Part shown: piece after piece, positions 1-10,458 of the stretch
Position numbering within the stretch: position 1 is the stretch's first letter
Layout: each line of letters opens with the position of its first letter
Origin: Albugo candida
Taxonomy: Eukaryota
Assembly: GCA_040437565.1 (NCBI GenBank)
Contig: JBDOQK010000062.1
Coordinates: 124,001-188,000 of the forward strand
DNA: 64,000 bases
Direction of reading: 5' to 3'
Notes under the pieces: model-generated
Databases searched by the model: none
The model's input: the letters and a program-made list of their open reading frames with translations, nothing else
What the model was told of the DNA's origin: nothing
Position numbers and translations under genes: made by a program

Positions 1-327
1 ACTGGAGAATACTTTTTGTCTGATTTTAGGTGTTGTAAGTATGTACATACAAACTGCATCCGCCTGAAGCTTTAACGTCGCTGGAAGAAGACGGTATTGT
101 CGCAATCGTTCGAATACTCTTCCTCGCACAGCATCATCCAGCAACTGATACTGTTGCGAATTTAGTTCGCTTGAATGCACTCTTCCCGATTCACTTTCAT
201 TGGTGTCAACACTTTCGCCTCCCATGTGTACTGATACAATAAAATGTATGGGAAATTCCTCAAGCTTCCGGCAGTTGGCATCCAATCGATCGGTCGTCCA
301 TTTTTCACAGTTGAGCGGGTTACTTAG
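1..327 (-). CDS. Partial open frame running off the left edge, unknown product
   Basis: Manual translation of the minus strand is stop-free from about 327 to position 1 (..WTTDRLDANCRKLEEFPIHFIVSVHMGGESVD..RGRVFERLRQYRLLP..). No recognisable motif. Confidence 0.3.
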
Positions 328-572
328 TTACGTGGTCGGTTATGCAGTTGCGCATGTAATCTGCCAATGAACGGTCGACTTCGGGTGACTCAGTTATGAA
401 TACGGTTATACATGTATACTTGTAACCTGCCCAATGAACGGTGACCACATCATGAGTTGTTGAGGACTGCCATCTGTACCCCTCATAACCTCCCAAACTA
501 CGCATAACTCTGTCAGCATCTACGATGCGATCGTAATCTTTCTACTGTGTATGATTCCGAGCGCTATATGAG

Positions 573-587
573 TCATTTTCGATTTCA
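573..587 (+). promoter_or_regulatory. Candidate oomycete initiator + flanking promoter region (INR/FPR) core promoter
   Basis: GTCATTTTCGATTTC lies about 20 nt upstream of the ATG at 608 and resembles the oomycete TCAYTYY...WTTY consensus. Confidence 0.35.
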
Positions 588-607
588 CTCGGCGTTTTGT
601 GAACGGT

Positions 608-2530
608 ATGTCGTCTCTGTTCCAAGTGGGAAATAATGTCGAGCTATGGCGCGTCTTGATGATGCTGTCATTTCTAGTGTTTTGTGTGATCATATTGGAG
701 CAGATTTTGCATTACCTCGAACGTCGACTGAATCATAAAGAAAAGTATAATGAGATGCTGCGAAAGGTTTATCGGGAACTGATGGTGCTGGGGCTCATTG
801 GGCTGTCCGTCAAGCTCTTAAAGGAGATGATTCATTTTGCAGAGCACTCACTGACATTTATCGCCTTCGAGGTCGCCGATATGATGATTTTTATATTAGC
901 ATTAGCGCTTGTATTTCAGTCACTTTGTATCTATCTCTGGCTGCGTAAGGAAGATCAACGGCTCGGGTACAACGAAGTATTGACCGCGCAAGATTTACTG
1001 GAACTCATCAAAGCAAAAAATGAGCAAAAAACTGGAACTAAATTACCCGGTGGAAAGTCATGGTGGCCTTGCGGAAAAAAGCCTCGAGTCGTCACTGAGT
1101 CACAATTAACAGAAATAGTGGAAATGCGGACATTACGCCATTTTTTCCTGACAACGTATCAACTTCCGCAGATTTTCCCGTTTTCCAGCTATCTCAAACA
1201 CGCTCAAGATAACAAGATCGCATTTATGATTGATGTAGACGTATCGACATGGATTCTGCTGTTATTCTTGTTATTTTGTCTTGATGCCGTTGCCAAGCTC
1301 TTCCAAGATGTCAAGAAGGAATTAGAACCGGGTTCCATTCTTCGCACATTTTCGATTCTAGCGTGGTTACTGTTCATCTTTCACGTATTAGTCGCTACGT
1401 TTCTAGCCAATCTACTGAATAAAATCGTTGAAGAAGCTGGCTACGATTCAAAGAAAAAAGAAAAGGAATGGCTTGTGAATCTTGCTCAATTAGAGCGATT
1501 GCACCAAACCGACGAAACTGATGCATCCAAAGTCATTGATGTAATGCGTCATGTGGAAGAAGAGCAGGAGCGGATTGATGAAAAGGATAAAAAATACGAC
1601 TCCAAGTGTCACGACAGTGGCATTCAACTGATCTATCGATGTATACATGGTCATCATAAAATGGAAAATAGGTCCAGAAGTTGCGATGCAGACGCCGAGG
1701 ATCTCGCCCCTCGACCCAGCTTGCGTCTAGCAGGCTTCAATGTGCGTATTTGGGAGCTACTAGTTCGACTTTTGCTCATGTTTAATGGATTCTACCTGGC
1801 TCTATTCTTCGAATGTATCCTGTACCAGTTCAATGATATCAAACAATCAATCGTGATTGCGCTGGCGCTTTTCCCGCTACCACTACTGATAAATATGGTT
1901 TTCCTTCAGCCTCGAATTTTCCGCAACTTCATGTTCGTGTCCAGCGTATTCTCCGTGGACGTCTCAGCTTTAAGCGAGACAATTGCTCAATTTACAGCCA
2001 CTGTGGAAGCCCGTGCCGACTTTATCTGTCGCTTACGTCAGCAACTGACCAAACAAGGGAAAACAAGCTCAGATATGGAGCGGCTATTTGCAGCGTCGGA
2101 TCCACAAAATACTGGTGAAATCAGCGTCGATGCATTACGAGAAGTGTTGAATAGTCTTGGAAATCGTTACTCTGCAAGTCGATTTCGCGCTTTGGCCACA
2201 CTTGCGTTCCGAGTCGAGCAAAATCATGTCCAGTACTGTCAGGTCGTACGTTTGCTCAACATTATCGACCATTCAAAGCACGAAGTAACAGGCTCAGACT
2301 CCGAATGCACAGCGTATCAGAATTGCGTGATGATGGAGGAACACGTAGAACGTGTCTCACAACGTCATTCTATTATGGCCGGTCATCAAACTCGAGCCTC
2401 AGTCATCCGATTGTCGCAAATGGGTCGGCAAGTACCTGCGCGTTCGTCTTTTTTTCCTATTTTGGTCGATCTGGAGGAGGAGTCTCTATCATCTCTCGCC
2501 TCACTCTCCAAGCCGTATCATATATTGTGA
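608..2530 (+). CDS. MLO-like multi-TM membrane protein with C-terminal EF-hand-like region
   Basis: ILEQILHYLERRL..EMLRKVYRELMVLGLIGL matches the MLO TM1-TM2 signature (E..LH.L...EAL.K.K.ELMLLGFISL). IFILAL and LRHFF..FPFSSYLKHAQDNKIAFMIDVDVSTW match MLO IFVLA and LRHGF..FDFHKY..VVGIS..LW. About 7 hydrophobic helices. An EF-hand-like segment LFAASDPQNTGEISVDALREVL follows. The ORF track starts at GTG 599; the first ATG is 608. Confidence 0.75.
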   Translation: MSSLFQVGNNVELWRVLMMLSFLVFCVIILEQILHYLERRLNHKEKYNEMLRKVYRELMVLGLIGLSVKLLKEMIHFAEHSLTFIAFEVADMMIFILALALVFQSLCIYLWLRKEDQRLGYNEVLTAQDLLELIKAKNEQKTGTKLPGGKSWWPCGKKPRVVTESQLTEIVEMRTLRHFFLTTYQLPQIFPFSSYLKHAQDNKIAFMIDVDVSTWILLLFLLFCLDAVAKLFQDVKKELEPGSILRTFSILAWLLFIFHVLVATFLANLLNKIVEEAGYDSKKKEKEWLVNLAQLERLHQTDETDASKVIDVMRHVEEEQERIDEKDKKYDSKCHDSGIQLIYRCIHGHHKMENRSRSCDADAEDLAPRPSLRLAGFNVRIWELLVRLLLMFNGFYLALFFECILYQFNDIKQSIVIALALFPLPLLINMVFLQPRIFRNFMFVSSVFSVDVSALSETIAQFTATVEARADFICRLRQQLTKQGKTSSDMERLFAASDPQNTGEISVDALREVLNSLGNRYSASRFRALATLAFRVEQNHVQYCQVVRLLNIIDHSKHEVTGSDSECTAYQNCVMMEEHVERVSQRHSIMAGHQTRASVIRLSQMGRQVPARSSFFPILVDLEEESLSSLASLSKPYHIL

Positions 2531-3065
2531 GCTGTATAAATGTTAGGACTTCAAGCTTACTCTAGTTAAGGACAACGTGACGGCGTTATTGCGTAACACA
2601 ATGTTTCGGATATAAATAGGTGAATTAGAACGGGATCTTTAAGGTCGCTTTGTTGTATGTACTTTTTCTTAGCAACGTGGTACTCGGGGTGCCCGCTTGA
2701 TTTAGAAACGACAGACGCTCGTTTTCTACTGGATTGCCCAATCTTATCGGACATGCAGCATCGCGTCATCCAGTGGATTAGCTCAGAGAAAGCCTTGTAC
2801 CACGCCTTGGGAAATATACGGAAGCTCGAGCATCGGGAAGTAGAAGCGTTTTTCTCTTCTTGTATACCAAATGTCATAAATCACTACAGTGTATCAATAC
2901 ATAGAATATCTAAACCATGTATCCTATGGAATGCTTCCAATGCCTACATAGCATTATGAATTGATACAGGTACGTCAGAATGCGCAAAGCGTACCACTAA
3001 AGAATACCATTTATCTATTTCCCGAAGGCGATCAGAAAACGTTATATAAATGTGAAAGTGGACTT

Positions 3066-3080
3066 TTCATTTGCGGTTTT
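3066..3080 (+). promoter_or_regulatory. Candidate INR/FPR core promoter
   Basis: TTCATTTGCGGTTTT lies just upstream of ATG 3087. Confidence 0.35.
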
Positions 3081-3086
3081 ACATCA

Positions 3087-4538
3087 ATGGGAAAAGCTCT
3101 TTGGACGTTGGAAGATAGCAAAATTGCCTTCAGCATTTTCTGCTGCGTTTATGGGATCGGGACTTTGGGAATGCCTGGGAATTTTTCACGCGTGGGTCCG
3201 GTGATTGCGACTTGCGCATTGGCATTTATGGCGTCTGCAAACATCTACTCATCCATTGTCCTGTCGAAAATCATGCTGTGTGCGCCTCGATCAGTGAGAA
3301 CATTTGGGGACCTCGGGGACTGGTGTATGAATCGAACGGGTCGTTACTTGGTGGTACTGTTTCAAATAACAGATTGTCTGCTAATGCCGTGCGCATACCT
3401 TGTCTTGGGCGGTACACTGCTGAAAAACTTGTTCCCGGGAACGTTTGAGCAATCTACATGGATCTTGTTGATGGCATTTGCAGTCTTACCTGTTTGTCTG
3501 ACTCCAACAATGAAGGAAGGAGCCTTTGCCGCACTTGCTGGATGTAGTGGGACAATATTGGCAGATTTTATCAGTGTGGGGGTATTGTTACACGGAATGA
3601 GCGGACATCCAGAAATTCCCAAACCTGATTTGAATTTTGATCAAATTGCTGGAACTTTTGGAAATTTATCGCTTGCGTATGGTGCCGGTGTTGTGATTCC
3701 TGCTCTTCAGCGACAGCATAGTGACCCTACTCGGATGCCCCGCATCATCACGGTCACTCTCGTGTGTATCACATGCTTGTTTCTGACGCTTGCTGGATCC
3801 GGGTATTCTGCAGTTGGATGCCAAATTTCGGGTAACCTTCTCTTTTCCATCTTTCCAGACCATAAAACGGGTATCAGTGCTCTTGGCGTCCGAACACCTC
3901 GAGGAGCAGCTGTGATGGCATTTTTAGGCGTGCAATTTCATATCACCATTGCATTTTCAGTTCTTATCCATCCCGCCTTTTTCACGCTGGAACGATCCAT
4001 ACTAGGAATGCATCGCAATGTACCTTGTGCAATAGACGATATCGAAAAAGCTTCCCAATACGGCAACAACACGACACCGAGTGAAGGAACGCGGATCTCC
4101 AAGAAGCGCTCCTTCATCTCTATGGCTGATCTCGAACAGCCCGAATTATTTGAAGACGAAGCATTAGAGTATCAAGGGCCAAACACTATCAAGTACATCA
4201 TTCTTCGTATTGTGGTTGTCACGATACTGGTCATGATCTCCATATACTTTCGGGAACATTTTGGTGAATTTGCCGACTTTATTGGCGCCTCATGCATCAC
4301 CATGAGCTGTATCGTCTTACCCATTGTATTTTACCTCTACAAATTGGGCGATCAAGTCCCCTTGTACGAAAAGATTGTGGCGGTCACCATCGCCGTCATT
4401 TGCTTCTCATTTGGAGCGTATGTGACGTATCAAACAGGTCGAGAATTATTTACTCGACCTGATCATTCCATCAAGTTCCCATTCTGTGCACCGCGGTACA
4501 AAAACGAACTATATTACAACTCATCTCTAGTTCATTAG
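3087..4538 (+). CDS. Amino acid/auxin permease (AAAP, Aa_trans) family transporter
   Basis: AFSIFCCVYGIGTLGMP N-terminal motif and about 11 TM helices. Start placed at MGKALWTLED by alignment with the paralogue at 10459. Confidence 0.9.
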   Translation: MGKALWTLEDSKIAFSIFCCVYGIGTLGMPGNFSRVGPVIATCALAFMASANIYSSIVLSKIMLCAPRSVRTFGDLGDWCMNRTGRYLVVLFQITDCLLMPCAYLVLGGTLLKNLFPGTFEQSTWILLMAFAVLPVCLTPTMKEGAFAALAGCSGTILADFISVGVLLHGMSGHPEIPKPDLNFDQIAGTFGNLSLAYGAGVVIPALQRQHSDPTRMPRIITVTLVCITCLFLTLAGSGYSAVGCQISGNLLFSIFPDHKTGISALGVRTPRGAAVMAFLGVQFHITIAFSVLIHPAFFTLERSILGMHRNVPCAIDDIEKASQYGNNTTPSEGTRISKKRSFISMADLEQPELFEDEALEYQGPNTIKYIILRIVVVTILVMISIYFREHFGEFADFIGASCITMSCIVLPIVFYLYKLGDQVPLYEKIVAVTIAVICFSFGAYVTYQTGRELFTRPDHSIKFPFCAPRYKNELYYNSSLVH

Positions 4539-4727
4539 CGCATACTGCTCACCCTACCGGGTATCCTATGCGGAGTCTTTGCAATAGGAGTAGCAAACTA
4601 AAAGTATAAACGTGTTTGACAATTAGCTTCTTTTCCGCTCATTTGTTGTGATACTATCGAAAGTACGCTTCCCCGAAGACTCCAGCGGTAAGGAAGATTC
4701 TTGAAAATAGCTTATTTACGGCTAATT

Positions 4728-6135
4728 ATGGTATTTCGGTCCGCGCTCGTGTCCGTCGCGTACTCTGTTGGCATTCTGAGCGGCGTTAATGAAGGTCAGA
4801 ATGTGGCCAATTGTATAATGACGCTAATTACTTGATACTATACAGGCTTTCTCTATGACAACTTTAATGCGACGACAGGCCTTATACTACTGGGAGATGC
4901 TGCTACGACCAGCTGTATCGCTGCTAAAGAAGTAGGAGCTTTATCACACCCGTTCGCGCATTGGGACTGACGAAAAAAGATAGCTTTCGTATTCGCGTCG
5001 GTATGGAGCAAATGATGATTTCGCAAGCATCCGTCCCGTTCAGCATCATCAGGTAGATGCAGTAGTATTTGAAGCCATAAATACCGAATTTGCAAGCAAT
5101 CATGAGCATGTTGGCTCGAAGAATGCAATAGTTGGTCACAGAAGTGAGTATGGAAGCGTACCTGCGACAGTATGCCCCATGCGATTACGGCTGACAGGAT
5201 CCAAGCCTCATCAATTGTCATCAGTGTGGTATGCGGAGCCTGTGCCGATTTTCCAGGGATTCGAAACGGGATTCCGATTCCAAATCACCGATCAGTCCAA
5301 GAGATGTACAAAAGCGCGCAGTAAACGGAATGATGTCTACCTGTATGAGAGCTGTTTCGTGCATGGTGGCGATGGATTCGCATTCGTGTTGCATGGAAAT
5401 GATCACGAGAGCAGTACGCTTCATCATAGACCGCAATCTATCACAAGCAGACAAGCGTACATGGGTTTTGAAGGCATTCAGAATTCCATTGCGGTCGAGT
5501 TTGACACTTGGTACAATCCGGAATTCAGCGATATGTTTTATGATCACGTTACCATTTACTCAAAGGGTTTGGAGGCGAATTCAATGCTGGAAGATGCGAG
5601 ATTATCTTCGAGTGTGCTGCATACTCTCGGTGATGGTCTGATTCATTCCGTCAAGATTCAATACCACCCTGAAGTGAAGGTTTGCTAATGTTCTCACTCC
5701 GTCGTATACGATGAGATACTTGTTTTTACTAGCTGGAGTATCTTCCATTTATGAGCGCTAGTAGTACCGGCACCGCGTTCATCAAAGATTATTCCGAGAA
5801 GCGAAGAATTGGGACTTTGGCTGTATTTGTCGATAATGGCTTTGAAAGAGACACCCCGCTTATCGCTATTCCAATTAATTTGGCGACCGCATTGAAATTG
5901 CCCAAAGACGTTGCTTACTTGGTGAGGAGATCCAGATCATACACGCACTCCAACGACTCTAAACCTGCTCCTCACGTAGGGATTCACTTCATCCACAGGT
6001 AAAGCCTGGCAAAAACATGACATATTGGACTGGTATTATTGCTCAAAGGTGATGACGTTACCTCGAATATGACAGTACTTGATGCTGAACCAGTCACACG
6101 TGCAGCCACGATGCGTAATCGAACAAGATACCTAG
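4728..6135 (+). CDS. Legume-type (L-type/ConA-like) lectin domain protein with a putative signal peptide, multi-exon
   Basis: Spliced reconstruction: MVFRSALVSVAYSVGILSGVNEG|FLYDNFNATTGLILLGDA..RLRLT..SSVWYAEPV..GFETGFRFQI..GGDGFAFVLH..SIAVEFDTWYN..GFTSSTGKAWQKHDILDW. These are hallmark legume-lectin motifs (GDGFAF, AVEFDT, GFTxSTG..H.I..W). GT-AG introns at about 4796-4846, 4932-4983, 5680-5732 and 5922-5979. The last exon is uncertain (stop at 6072 or 6135). Confidence 0.8.
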
Positions 6136-7095
6136 TCAACGCAGAATTCTGATTCGAAAGCCTGATACTCTGTTTCCTTTCATCTGGCGGAACGCGGAAT
6201 TTACGAAAAATTCGGTGCTTGTGTAAAAATATGCTTGAAGATGAGTGCTGTATCATGAGACAATCAGCGTTTTTCTCTCCTGTTCTGGTCGGGCGGGTCT
6301 ACGCATTCACCGCAAGTAAAATGATCTGAAGAATACTCGGATGTAGTATTTGTTGCTTGGATTATACATCCGCTGTTTCTACATACTGGGTAGAAACCAA
6401 AAACACTGATTCCAGAGAATTTCACGGCCATCCATAACAGCCGCATATGGCAACAGCTTTGGTAAAATAATGGCGATCAAGCCCGCTTTCTGGGTCTCGC
6501 GGCAAAAGCATACAATACACCTTCTCAGATGAGCCACATGCGCGAAGAAATAGCGCATATCACGTATTGGTCACCGGGCGCGCCAAGACACTGTTTTTAC
6601 CCCCAAATTTCTACGTTAGATGCGCGGACAGGCTATTTGCACGAGATGATCAGATCCATGACGATGAAGAGCNNNNNNNNNNNNNNNNNNNNNNNNNNNN
6701 NNNNNNNNNNNNNNNNNNNNNNNNNNNNNNNNNNNNNNNNNNNNNNNNNNNNNNNNNNNNNNNNNNNNNNNNCCCTTAAAGAAGGGTAAAGGCCGGGTCA
6801 TTTCTTCCTGTGTAAAACTCTATTAGTAATCCATCCAAGAATTTTTGTAACCATCTGGATAGATCTATGCAGTCGGAACTATTGACTGTGTGCAATGGCC
6901 TTTTCCGCTGTGAAAGCCGTTTTTCCTGATTAGCTCAGCTTCTACTTGTCAATGTTCATTCAACGCAATTATCATTTTTAAATTCGAAGGACAAGCCACA
7001 CAAGCTCCAAACCGAATACATCGACTCAATCTTTCGAGATTACTTTCATTACAGCTAAAGCTATTCCATTACCACTTTCAACCGATTACTTCAAA

Positions 7096-7893
7096 ATGCA
7101 AGTACAAGTTACACAACCCGAGTCCCCCATTGACACTACTTGCTTTCCAAGCCCCCAACGCCATCCATTATCTACTTGGGAATCAGAAAAATCCTCGATG
7201 CTATCAACGCTTTCAAAACAACTTGAGAAAGAATCTAGTCCGTTTTCGACGCTGAGGAATGCGGGAAGCGCACTAAAATCATGCTTTTCCATGAAGACGA
7301 ATGATCTGGAGCCGTATGAGTATTCATCACCTCCATTAGACAGAGAATTTCCTCTTTACTCCGTCTTTGAAGATCGAGCGTTATTGGATGCGATCGTCAC
7401 AAGCTTGGAACTTGAGCCTCTTTTTCTCGCAACAAAGATGGCGACACCACCCATTGATGGATCTAAAAACACCGTTCGTCGACCTGGGACTTTCTTGAAC
7501 AAAGATGGTCGATGGATTAAAGGGAAGCCGTGTCGTATCGACAACTGTGATAAACGAGCGCAATCGAATGGTTTGTGTAAAGGACACGGAGGAGGTGCAC
7601 GATGCAGTCACGACGGCTGTAATAAGAGCTCGCAAGGCGGAGGATTGTGTCGAGCACATGGAGGTGGTAAGCGCTGTCTCCATCAAGGCTGTCACAAAGG
7701 AACGCAACGAAATGGGTATTGTTACTTGCACGGTGGAGTTCGTTCTTGCAGTGTGAATGGATGCTTCAAAAAAGATCGAGGAAGTGGCAAATGTTTCTCA
7801 CATGGCGGTGGACGTCGCTGTCAAGCTCCGCGCTGTAGCGTTAACGTTCGTCGCGGTACACACTGTGAGAAACATTTGGTACGGACTGTGTAA
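7096..7893 (+). CDS. HGGG-repeat Cys/His zinc-finger protein ('WRKY19-like' repeat family)
   Basis: About five tandem C-x4-C-x8-C-x2-H(GGG) repeats in the C-terminal half. Confidence 0.85.
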   Translation: MQVQVTQPESPIDTTCFPSPQRHPLSTWESEKSSMLSTLSKQLEKESSPFSTLRNAGSALKSCFSMKTNDLEPYEYSSPPLDREFPLYSVFEDRALLDAIVTSLELEPLFLATKMATPPIDGSKNTVRRPGTFLNKDGRWIKGKPCRIDNCDKRAQSNGLCKGHGGGARCSHDGCNKSSQGGGLCRAHGGGKRCLHQGCHKGTQRNGYCYLHGGVRSCSVNGCFKKDRGSGKCFSHGGGRRCQAPRCSVNVRRGTHCEKHLVRTV

Positions 7894-8023
7894 CAAGAGC
7901 TCATGAAGCGCTAGCAATCGACCAGCTTTATGTATAGATCTGTGTAGGAAAGACGATATTTTACCTGTATGAAAGTCGAGTTTGCAAAAGTTAATACAAT
8001 TCTTAAAAGAAAGTCTCTTACGT

Positions 8024-8425
8024 ATGCGTTACTCTTGTCGAATGTGTCGGCAAGACTTATTTGCCGATGATAATTTGCTTTCGCACGCTCCAAATCGTCA
8101 TTCCATTTCGATCAAAAAGGTACTGACGTGTAATTTTCACTTGACAAGGGCTAAGAGTGTTTCCGTGTAGAGAATCAAAGATGTGAACGTGCAGAATTCC
8201 ACGCTCAATTTGGAAGATTGCGCAGCATATTTTTTAGTAGAGGCCGAGAAATGGATGGATGACGTGTCGGCCATGCAGGGAAAACTACATTGTCCGAATT
8301 CGAGATGTAATGCTCGTTTAGGCTCCTTTGCGTGGTCTGGATCGCAATGCTCTTGTGGTACGTGGGTGACCCCGTCTATCAAAGTGATCAAGAGTCGGGT
8401 TGACGCGATAGCGGATGTATCGTAA
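8024..8425 (+). CDS. Stand-alone DUSP12/Yvh1-type C-terminal zinc-binding domain protein
   Basis: MRYSCRMCRQDLF..H |intron 8120-8170| ..CAAYFL..KWM..GKLHCPNSRCNARLGSFAWSGSQCSCGTWVTPSIKVIKSRVD is the Yvh1/DUSP12 zinc-domain pattern. No phosphatase domain is present. Confidence 0.8.
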
Positions 8426-8459
8426 GGACAGGAATCCTATTTGACTATTTCTGTGGAGT

Positions 8460-9860
8460 TTAGAGGACGGAATCACCGCTCATATCGTACGTCAGTATAC
8501 TTCCGTCATCCCCAGCGACTACAAGCTTAGTATTGGATGTCGTGATCGCTCGAATAGCTGCTTGATTCGCACCAAGACCATAGAGTAAATGCCCATTTCT
8601 CCAGTCATGGACGTGTAACATTCCCTGACCATCACCGCTGAAACAGAGTTGATGACTCACATGTAAGGAGTATATGTAATCTTGATGCTCGATCCATTTG
8701 TGCACGACTTGGTGAGATTGTCGCTTATCCAACACATTGATGGTACCATCCGCTCCACCTGTTATCAGAATATTCTCGCCGCCTGAATGAGAGGGTTCCG
8801 CAAGAAATCCAACTGCGCCTGCTTTTCCTTCTTTCTTGTCGGTGTGCAGCTCCAAAGACGCAAGACATTTCTTCTGGCGGCAGTCCCATACATTCACAAT
8901 TCCGTCCTGTCCGCCACTATAAATCCCATTCCTATCATTATCGCAGGAGCCGAGAATCGACGTAGTATGACCACGATGTGCGTTCGCATACGCTTGGACA
9001 ACTGTGCCCTTCTCCAGATCGATGACGCGCACATTACCATCCCGATCGCCCACGGTGATTTTCTGAGCACTTTGCGTGTCTGCATCCAATATTGGCGCAC
9101 TGGTCGCTTTGATGCAGCCTATTTCGCGCGTCTTCCCTCGGAATTGTTTTCCCACATTCCAAACTCGTACGGTTTTATCGTATCCTGCACTAAACACCAA
9201 GCTGGATTCTCGAGCCAAATTCTTTACAAGTGTAATGGATCCTGCGTGACCGATCAAATCCTCACAATTGGTTCCCGATGCATTCCACAAACAAAGCCGT
9301 GAATCCATCGCAGCGGACACAATCCGATCGTCCGATAGATACAAAGCACCAGTCACCCATTCGGAATGCCCACATTTTTTCGTATACAATTTTTTACAGC
9401 CGTTCCCTCTCCGCCGTTTATCATCATTATCTGCAATAGGAACCACATATAACGCGTGATCGGTGCTCCCAGCCACAACGTGAGACTGACTGTCGTTCAT
9501 AGACAGGCATGTCAGAGGACGATCGGAGACAGACGAAAGACATCCTTCCGCGTCTTTGGGGCCACGTACCCATGACCCACTCCAATCACCTTCCGATATA
9601 GTTCTGAGCTCACACGAAATCGAAGGAATGGAAATTGGACCCTTTTTCTGCTCACCAGTTGTCTGTCCGACACGCACGGTATCAAACGCGCCAAGGTATG
9701 CGTCATTGGCTCGATGTGAGTACTGCATGTTCGCGCTGTTGTTCCCGGAAGGGTTTTTTTTCAGTCTGTTGGGTGGTGGACGGAAAATCGACAAATTGTC
9801 ACTGGTATCACCGGAAGAAGCGTATTCCTCATAACGTATCAAACGGGAAGTAGTAACCAT
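8460..9860 (-). CDS. WD40-repeat protein
   Basis: Multiple GH..SxxxDxTxRxW repeats (GHSEWVT..SAAMDSRLCLWN; GHAGSIT..SAGYDKTVRVWN; SGGQDGIVNVWD). Confidence 0.85.
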   Translation of the reverse strand: MVTTSRLIRYEEYASSGDTSDNLSIFRPPPNRLKKNPSGNNSANMQYSHRANDAYLGAFDTVRVGQTTGEQKKGPISIPSISCELRTISEGDWSGSWVRGPKDAEGCLSSVSDRPLTCLSMNDSQSHVVAGSTDHALYVVPIADNDDKRRRGNGCKKLYTKKCGHSEWVTGALYLSDDRIVSAAMDSRLCLWNASGTNCEDLIGHAGSITLVKNLARESSLVFSAGYDKTVRVWNVGKQFRGKTREIGCIKATSAPILDADTQSAQKITVGDRDGNVRVIDLEKGTVVQAYANAHRGHTTSILGSCDNDRNGIYSGGQDGIVNVWDCRQKKCLASLELHTDKKEGKAGAVGFLAEPSHSGGENILITGGADGTINVLDKRQSHQVVHKWIEHQDYIYSLHVSHQLCFSGDGQGMLHVHDWRNGHLLYGLGANQAAIRAITTSNTKLVVAGDDGSILTYDMSGDSVL

Positions 9861-10458
9861 TCCGCTTGGAAACGACTATTCATAGTTTATAGAACGCATA
9901 GTTTCGAAAGCAGGCGGCGATTTGTAATGCAGTTTTATCGGTGACAGCAGCAGCGTCATAAAGGATTTTTACAAGAACAAGCAGCTGCTGTAGGATGGGC
10001 ATATTCAATGTTACTGTTGTTATGATATTCAGTTCGACAACTTTCTAACAATTTAAGTGCCCTTAAACGGATTTTCCGCTTGCTTATTTCTATGAAATGT
10101 AACAGAGCTTCCCTGTAAAGTGTCATTTCTTCCCGTCCACCGTCCAAGTCAAATCGTATCGAATTTATTATAACAGGCTCCTTGGTAGTGTATTCCCCAA
10201 CGCAATACACAAGTCGTATAAAAATCCAATGGTGTGGGCCGAAGAAAAAAAAGGTGTTCTACGCAGACATGTACTACGTTTCGAGAAAAAAGAACTACGT
10301 TAGAGACAGCATGTCTTGTTCTAATAGGCTGACATCGCTCTTTCCAGTCACCCCTCATTGGACGTTCCCGCCAACATCCATCTTTCCATCACCTTCCAAT
10401 TCACATTCGCCATCTCGCTTCGCGGCGCTCAAGACACTCAGACTCTAATCGTGCAATT

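Noticed and set aside
2961-3086. N-terminal extension of the AAAP ORF from TTG 2961 (likewise 55407 for centrin)
   Set aside because: For AAAP the start is non-ATG, the paralogue begins at the equivalent of ATG 3087, and an INR-like motif lies within the extension. The centrin extension from 55407 shows no centrin similarity.
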